Positions 54,883-64,000 of a DNA stretch of 64,000 nt are shown here, one piece after another. This DNA is from Cyanophora paradoxa CCMP329 (taxonomy: Eukaryota; Plantae; Glaucophyta): NCBI GenBank assembly GCA_004431415.1, contig QPMI01000615.1:62001-126000 (forward strand), given 5' to 3'. Made by a program: the position numbers and the translations under genes. Below the pieces are notes generated by a model. It was not told the DNA's origin, did no database searches, and saw only the letters and a program-made list of their open reading frames with translations. How positions within the stretch are numbered: the stretch's first letter is position 1; the number at the start of each line of letters is the position of its first letter.

Positions 54883-56184
54883 CCGGCGCCGGCCAGCCCC
54901 CGGCCCTGCGCCGCACCCTAGGCCAGTCTCGCCGTCGCACCCCTTGAATTTGCTTCTTCTTTCAAGCCGCCTCCGCAGCGATTCGCACGTGTACCACCAC
55001 CGTTAGAGTCAGGATTGAGTTTCTGGTTCGAGATTCAATAGCCTTCGTTTACGCCAGAGTCGAATCTGAGCGTCCTGTCTTACATCGATGCTTCGTTGAT
55101 GAATTCAATATTGAGATTCCTTTCTGGTCCGGCAGTGCAGATCTAGATCTAGTTCGATCCGTTGTGAGTTCGAAAGAGTAGGGCAGATGCATTTAACTTA
55201 GTTTGACTCGCCGACTCTTGGCGCCGCCGGCCGGCGAGTCGACGCAATGCCGTGGCCCCGGGCCACCCTGCCGCGCCGGCGTGTGGTCCGACGGTCTGGC
55301 GGTCGATATTCGACAGTCGATCGAAATTTTATGATTTAATAGACCGTGAGACCCTGCAGCTGAGGCTGCGCATGCGCTCATGCCATGATGCTCCGAGGCT
55401 CAGTCCGGTTGCTCGTCTAGATCTCTTACCCTCGGCCCTAAGGCCTCAGCTCCAGTATAGTACTAGCTACGTATACTAACTTAGTAAGCTATGGACAGTC
55501 TATCGAAGCACCGTTATACGGACCGTGGCACATACTACTAAAGTTAAAACTTTCATGATCAATTTCAACTTGCAATTGATCATGACAAACTTGAAACGTG
55601 AAACTTGAAATTCTACATCTTCGAATTCGAATTCGGATCTGGAGTTCCGATCGCGCGAGCTCGCGATCGAGATAGCCCCGCGCCGCCTCGGAGTTTACTA
55701 GTTATTTCAAGTTTCTTTACACTGGATTCGCCGATCGGCGAGTCGATCCATGCACATATGCCATGATGCGTGCACTGCGGCATCCGAGTCCCGGGTGTTG
55801 CCCCTCCGCCGCGGGCCGGCCCCTCCCGGCGGGGGGCCCTGGCCCGCGGCTGTAATCATTGAATAGTATTAGATCGATATCGCCAGATCGATATCGCACT
55901 GCGGCCGCGGCACCTAGGCATGCAGCTGCCAGTCATCATGGCATGGCACTTGCAAGTTGGCGCGGTGCATTCCGAAGTTCGGAAAACTTGAAAAACTGCG
56001 GCCAGGGATGTCAACGTTCTAGCGCCGCGACGTACGGTACCGTAGTACAACGTGCACGGCGTGCCAACTGATGCTTACACGTAATACGATCATGATCATC
56101 ATGACATGATCATGATCCGAGACTGCGGTAGGTATACGTAGGTAGGCGATCAATAACTTAGTAATGCTACACCATATGGTGAAG

Positions 56185-57703
56185 CTATCGCGCGGTGCCG
56201 GCCCTGGCGGCGCTAGCGCTGGAGAGCGCGTCGGAGGGGGCCGCCTGGGCGCGCGCCGCCGCCGCCGCCGCTCCTGGCGCCGGGGCAGGTTTCGCGGGGG
56301 CGCGGGTGTCCGAGTCGCCGGCGATGAAGAGGCCGTCGACGGAGAGGTAGCGCTCGCCGGTGTCGTAGCAGAAGGTGAGGACGGTGGCGCCGGCGGGGAT
56401 CTCGGGGAGCTTCTTGGCGACGGCGGCGAGGGAGGCCCCCGAGGAGATGCCGACGAACATGCCCTCCTCCTTGGCGGCGCGGATGGCGTACTCGAAGGCC
56501 TCCTCCTTGGTCACCTGGATCGCCCCGTCGAGCAGATCCGTGTGGCAGTTCTGCGGGATGAAGCCCGCCCCGATCCCCTGGATCGGGTGCGGCCCGGGCT
56601 TCCCTGCGCCCCGCCCCGCCCCGCCCCGCCTCAGCCCGCGCCCCGCCCCGGGACCCGCCCCGGCGGCCCCCGCGCACCGCCGGAGAGGACGGGCGAGGCG
56701 GCCGGCTCGACGGCGAAGACTTTGATGTGCGGGAACTTCTGCTTGAGGGCCTTGGCGCAGCCCGAGATGTGGCCGCCTGCGCCCCGTCCCAGCTCGAGGG
56801 TCGGCGGCGGCGGGGCGGGGCGGGGCGGGGCGCGGGGCGGACCGGTGCCGACGCCGGTGATGAGGTAGTCGACGCCCTCGGGGAAGTCGCGGGCGATCTC
56901 CTCCGCCGTCGTCGTCACGTGCACCGCCACGTTCGCCGGGTTGTCGAACTGCTGCGGCATGAACGAGTTCGCCTTCTCCGCGTGCTGCCCGCCCCCCGTC
57001 AGCCCCGCCGGCCCGCGCGCCCCCGCCGGCCCGAGCGGGGCCCGCGGCACCAGCTCCTTGGCGCGGGCGATGGCGCCCGGCATGCCCTTCTCGCGGGGCG
57101 TCAGCTCGAGCTTGGCGCCGTACGCGACCATGATCCGCCGCCGCTCGATCGACATCGACTCCGGCATCACCAGCGTCAGCGGGTAGCGCTTCACCGCCGC
57201 CACCAGCGCCAGGCCTGCGTGCTCACGCCGTCAGCCGCCCCGCGCCGCCGGCCGCCGCCCGCCCGCCGGCGCCTCACCAATGCCGGTGTTGCCTGCGCGC
57301 CGGAGACGGCCTCAGGTCAGAGGCCGCCCCGCGCGCGGGCGGGGCGCTCGCCGGGTCGCACCGGAGGTCGGCTCAATGATTTCGGAGACGCCGGGGATGA
57401 GAACGCCGCGCTTCTCCGCATCCTCGATCATGCTGAGCGCGATGCGGTCCTTGATGGACGAGCCCGGGTTCGTCCTGCAGGCTTGTGAGCGAGCGGCCCG
57501 ACGGCCGGTCATCGCGCGCACTTCTCGAGCTTAATGTAGACTTGGTGGCGATCTCCATACAGCCGGTTAATCCTGACCTGCGCACGCAGAACGTCAGAAT
57601 CTGCAGCTGGGGCGCGCAAGCGCAGCTTCAACGCAGCACTAGGCTGAGCGCGCACATGCGGGGTGTCTCCAATCGTATCTAGAATGTTCTCGTACTTGCC
57701 CAT
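56185..57703 (-). CDS. cysK: Cysteine synthase, copy 2 (inverted duplicate with longer Ala/Pro-rich C-terminus)
   Basis: Reverse complement near-identical to about 34460-35673 including introns; own exon 1 [16 protein letters not shown]. Confidence 0.95.
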
Positions 57704-58072
57704 GTCGTCCGATTGCGTGTGTGGTTTGGCCTAGGTGTCGACTTGCGTCGAGGACGACGTCGGCTTCATGCGTTTCGAATTCACGTTTCGCCTCGGGTCG
57801 CAAGAAGTCTAGCGCCCTGCTGTGCACTGAACAGACACGGCCTATGAGACGCTTCTAAGTTGCTGCATTCGCCAGGCTTCTTCTCCCGCGTGGTCGCTGC
57901 TGCGAATTCGACCCGCTCAACGGCAAGAGCCGGCGCCCTGCAAGCACAGAGCCGAAGCCAGCAGGGCCGATCTGATCGCCGTGCCGGCGCCGTCGCACGG
58001 GGTCGCCGTCGGCGCGAAAACTAGCCATCGGCCGCGGGGTACGAGTATCTGCAACGCCGAACCGCCGAATTC

Positions 58073-60553
<2,481 letters not shown>

Positions 60554-60860
60554 GGGGCCCGCCCCCCGCCCTGCCCCCCCGCCCCATTCGCCAGGCCTCA
60601 GTGTCGCTGTCCCTGTCGGCGTTGCATGGTCATGACACGACAGGCGGCCGCACTGCGCATGCGGCATGCAATTGGCTTCCCCATCCCGCCTCTCTGGGCC
60701 ACCGACAGCCGCGTGCCGCCCGGCGGCCCACCCGCACTGTGCCGCACACCGCAGAACCAAGAGTATATACGTATAAATTAGGACAATCCGCTCGGGCGGA
60801 AATCGAAAGGGAAGATGCGGGAGGAATGAAGGCGGGGGCGGGAGGGGCGAGCTTGTGGGA

Positions 60861-61492
60861 TCAGAAGGCGGCGTCGGCGGCGGCGTCGTCGGCGAAGGCG
60901 GCCTCGTCGGCGGCGAAGTCGGAGTCGAGCAGGTCGAGGTCGAACTCGCACTCGAGCACGTCGCCCTCGGCGGCGTCGTCCTGCTCCAGCGAGCTCAGCT
61001 GCGCCAGAGCGTTCTGCCGTCGTGGAGAATAGGCGCCGGTCAGCTCAGGGCGAGCGGCCTCCCAAGGGCGAGGGCGGGGGACCGGAAAGAGGCGGACCTG
61101 GACATCGCTCTGGACGGCGGCCTGCTCCTCCGCGGAGAGGGCGTTGTACGCGTCGAAGACCGCCGCCATCACACCGCTCACCTGTGCGCCGCTGGCTCAG
61201 CAGCAGCCCGGCAGCTCATGATGACGCGCCCAGGGACCAGCAGGATCCTGCGCGCACCGAGGTCTCATCGAGGACATCGGGGATCGTGATGCTAGTGAGG
61301 ATCTGCGCGCCGGACATCAGGGCGCATCCGAAGCCGGGCGTGCGGCTCCAGGCTTAGGGGCCGCGGGCGCACGCTGGCAAGAGCCGGAAAGCCGTCCGCA
61401 AGCGTCTCCTGGTTCGCCTGGATGTACTGAACGACCATCGTTTGCGAGGCCGGGTCATTCAAGAGCGTCTCGAGCATCGAGATGGTCGCCAT
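60861..61492 (-). CDS. Small acidic hypothetical protein
   Basis: MATISMLETLLNDP.. exon plus an acidic last exon ..DFAADEAAFADDAAADAAF-stop, with GT-AG introns between. Confidence 0.5.
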
Positions 61493-62069
61493 TTGTGCGG
61501 GGGCTTCTGCGCTGCTCGGTCGGTCGAACGATCTAGCAAGAGCGGCGAGGAACTATGAGCAACCGAGCTGCGAGGGCGCACAGTTCTAGAACTCGGGGAG
61601 CGGAGCGAGAAGGAGCCTCGGAAAAAAAACCACAAGGAGCCGAAGACGGAGTGTAAGGAGCCGAAGAAGGAGTGCTAGTACTACGGTACGGATTCCAGCT
61701 ATATATATATGTATATATACCAGTATATATAGGCCTCGCGGCCCTCGCTGATGATCATGATCACTGAGCTCGATCGCGAGTCAGTTAATGCCTGAAGGCT
61801 GAAGCTCGTTAATGCCTCGTGGTTATATTAATTTGGGGGGTGAAGCTCGTTAATAACGACTGTCCGTCATATTGACTGGGGTCGTTAATATGCCATGATG
61901 ACTCGTTATAACGCGTTATAACCTAGTAACGCGTACGTGCTGTCGTTACTAAAAGTTACAACGGTCACGTTATAACGACAACACTGCCGCCGGCGTCCTA
62001 GCGAGGCTAGCGGCGCCTAGCGCTAGTATGAACATGTTCTAGCTATAGCTTTGTATACGTACCTGGTAG

Positions 62070-64000
62070 CTAGCTGCCGGGATTCGGATCCGGATCGAGG
62101 CGGGAGGCGCTGACGCCGGCGCCAGCCCTGGCCATGCTGCGGAACGCGGCGAAGGGGTCCTGCCGGTAGCCCGCCCCGCGGCCGGGGGGCGGCTGCGACG
62201 CGGCTGCCGCCGGGCCCGGGGCCGGTGCATCCAAGTCGAAGCTCTCCCAGGGGTCCTCGCCCGGCTCCTGCCCGTGGGGCCCAGATGCAGGTCTGGAGGC
62301 CGAGAAGGGCGGCGGCGGGTTGCCCGCCTCGAGCTCGCCGCGGGCCACCAGGGAGGGCGAGGGCGAGGGCGAGGGGGGCGCGCTGCGCTCCTTCTTGACG
62401 ACCGCAGGTGGGGCACCGTCCGGCGCGGCGGCGCTTGACGAGCAGATGCCGGCCGATCGCAAGGCGCCGGGAGGGGGCTGCGCGGCAGGCCCCGGCCCGG
62501 CGCAGGTGGCGGGAGAGGCGACGGCGGCAGGGAAAGCGCGCGGGGAGGCGTGGGACGTATCTATCGACGGTGCACGGAACGCCGGCCGCGGCCAGGAGAC
62601 GGAGACGGGCCCGCCAGAGGGGCCGGCGGGGGCGGGGGCGGAAGGGGGCGACGCGGAGGCGGGACCCCCCCCGGAGGCGGCGAGGGGGTTCGGGGCGGCG
62701 GTGGGGGCGGCCGAAGGTGGGCGGGGGCCAGCGGGTTCGGCGGGGCCAGCGCCGCCGAGCGGTCGGGGGCGGAAAGGGCCCGGGGGGGGGCCGGCGCTCC
62801 CCAGGAGCCGCGAGGAGCGGCGAGGGGATTTGGCGGGGCGGCAGGCGGCGCGCCCAAGGCAGGCGGGGGTGCGCGGAAGGCTCGGGGAGGCGCGAAGGGA
62901 TTCGAGGGGGACGGGAGCCCCAAGGCGGGCCGGGCGCCGAACGGGGTGGGCGCGGGGCCTGGGGCAGGCGGCGGAGGGGCGGCGAAGGGGTTGGCGGGGG
63001 CCCCGAAGGGCCGGAGGGCGGGGACCGGGCCGGCGGAGGCCGGCGGAGGGGAAGGGCGGCTCGGCGGGACGGAAGGGAAGGCCGATGGCGCGGCGGGCCG
63101 AGCGTGGGCGGGAGGATCTGCGGCCCGGGCCGCCGCGGGGGCCGGCGCGGGGCCGCGGGGCCGGGCAGGGGCCCGGGGGCGCGGCCGGAGAGGCTGCGAG
63201 GCCGGGGCCCTCCGCGGGCTGGACGGGGCGGGAAGGCCCCAGGGGGCGACGGGCGGCGCGGGCGCGGAGGCGGCGCCGGCCCCTGCCCCGTCCTCCGCCT
63301 TGACCCGCTTCGCAGGCGGCGCCCGGACCGCCTCGCCGTCAGGGCCGGGGGCGGGTGCTTGGAAAGAGGGTTGGACGGGGGAGAAGGAGACTTCCGAGTC
63401 AGGCCGGCACCGAAAGAAGCGCTGCGGGCGGAACCCGTCGGGGTCAGAGGCGGCGGGGTATCGGCATCCGCGGCCGGGGCAGGGCACCGAGGGCCACGGG
63501 GGGTCGTCGAAGGATGCTGGCCCCGGGGCGCCCGAGCCGCGCACGCTGGCGAAGGCCTGCGGGGGCCGCCGTTGAGGCGCAGCGGGGCGGGGCGGGCGGG
63601 GCGGGGGGCGCGGGGGCGGACGATGACGGCGGGGTCGACACCCTCGGCCTCGGCGGCGTTGGCGGCGGCCTCGTCGAACGGCCCCGCGTCGCCCCCGGCG
63701 AGGGCGCCCCACACCGTCCGCAGCCGCTGCCGCTGCGCCACGTCGGGCCCCTCGCAGAGGCCCGCCAGCTCCCGGTAGGCGCCCCCGGGGGTCCCCCCTG
63801 CCGCCCCCGGTCAGTCCAGATGATACGTGGCTCGCTCGAGGCGGGCGGGGGCCGGGAGCGGGCGGACGGGGGCGGGGCGGGGCCCTCGGCGGACTGGAGG
63901 GCGAGCTCGTGGAGGGCGATGGCGACCGCCGCGTCGCTCGCCAGCACCCGCCGCCGCAGCAGCAGCCGCGCGTGCGCTGCCCCCGCCCCGCCCGCCCCGC
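62070..64000 (-). CDS. 3' part of a Pro/Ala-rich hypothetical protein (5' end beyond window)
   Basis: High-GC3 exons (AIALHELALQSAEG, RLRTVWGALAGG, PSNPF/ANPF repeats, DPWESFDLD). Confidence 0.5.

Overview
Gene-dense eukaryotic nuclear DNA with very short (mostly about 45-90 nt) spliceosomal introns, many with GC-AG boundaries. The style resembles a GC-rich alga or protist; a glaucophyte such as Cyanophora is my guess and is not proven. I reconstructed about 22 intron-containing genes by hand, so the ORF track is fragmentary. They are: a divergent apyrase, CFP1/Spp1-like, XRCC2-like, RIO2, SCYL2-like, an EF-hand protein, a CLC transporter, TSR1 (hosting a SNORD70-like C/D snoRNA), two near-identical inverted bacterial-type cysteine synthases, GFAT, a PAH+GATA-finger protein, proteasome alpha2, an SDR, a full-architecture FMRP/FXR-like protein, ADH class III/GSNOR and several hypotheticals. 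A non-autonomous long-TIR element (ends TGCTCTTTCTAAGCTAC) occurs eight times, mostly at gene 3' ends, and a second hAT-like MITE is present. Comparing repeat copies shows intergenic DNA being remodelled by short palindromic insertions and a recurrent GTACTACGGTA footprint. Genes fall into two compositional classes: moderate-GC and CpG-poor versus extreme-GC.
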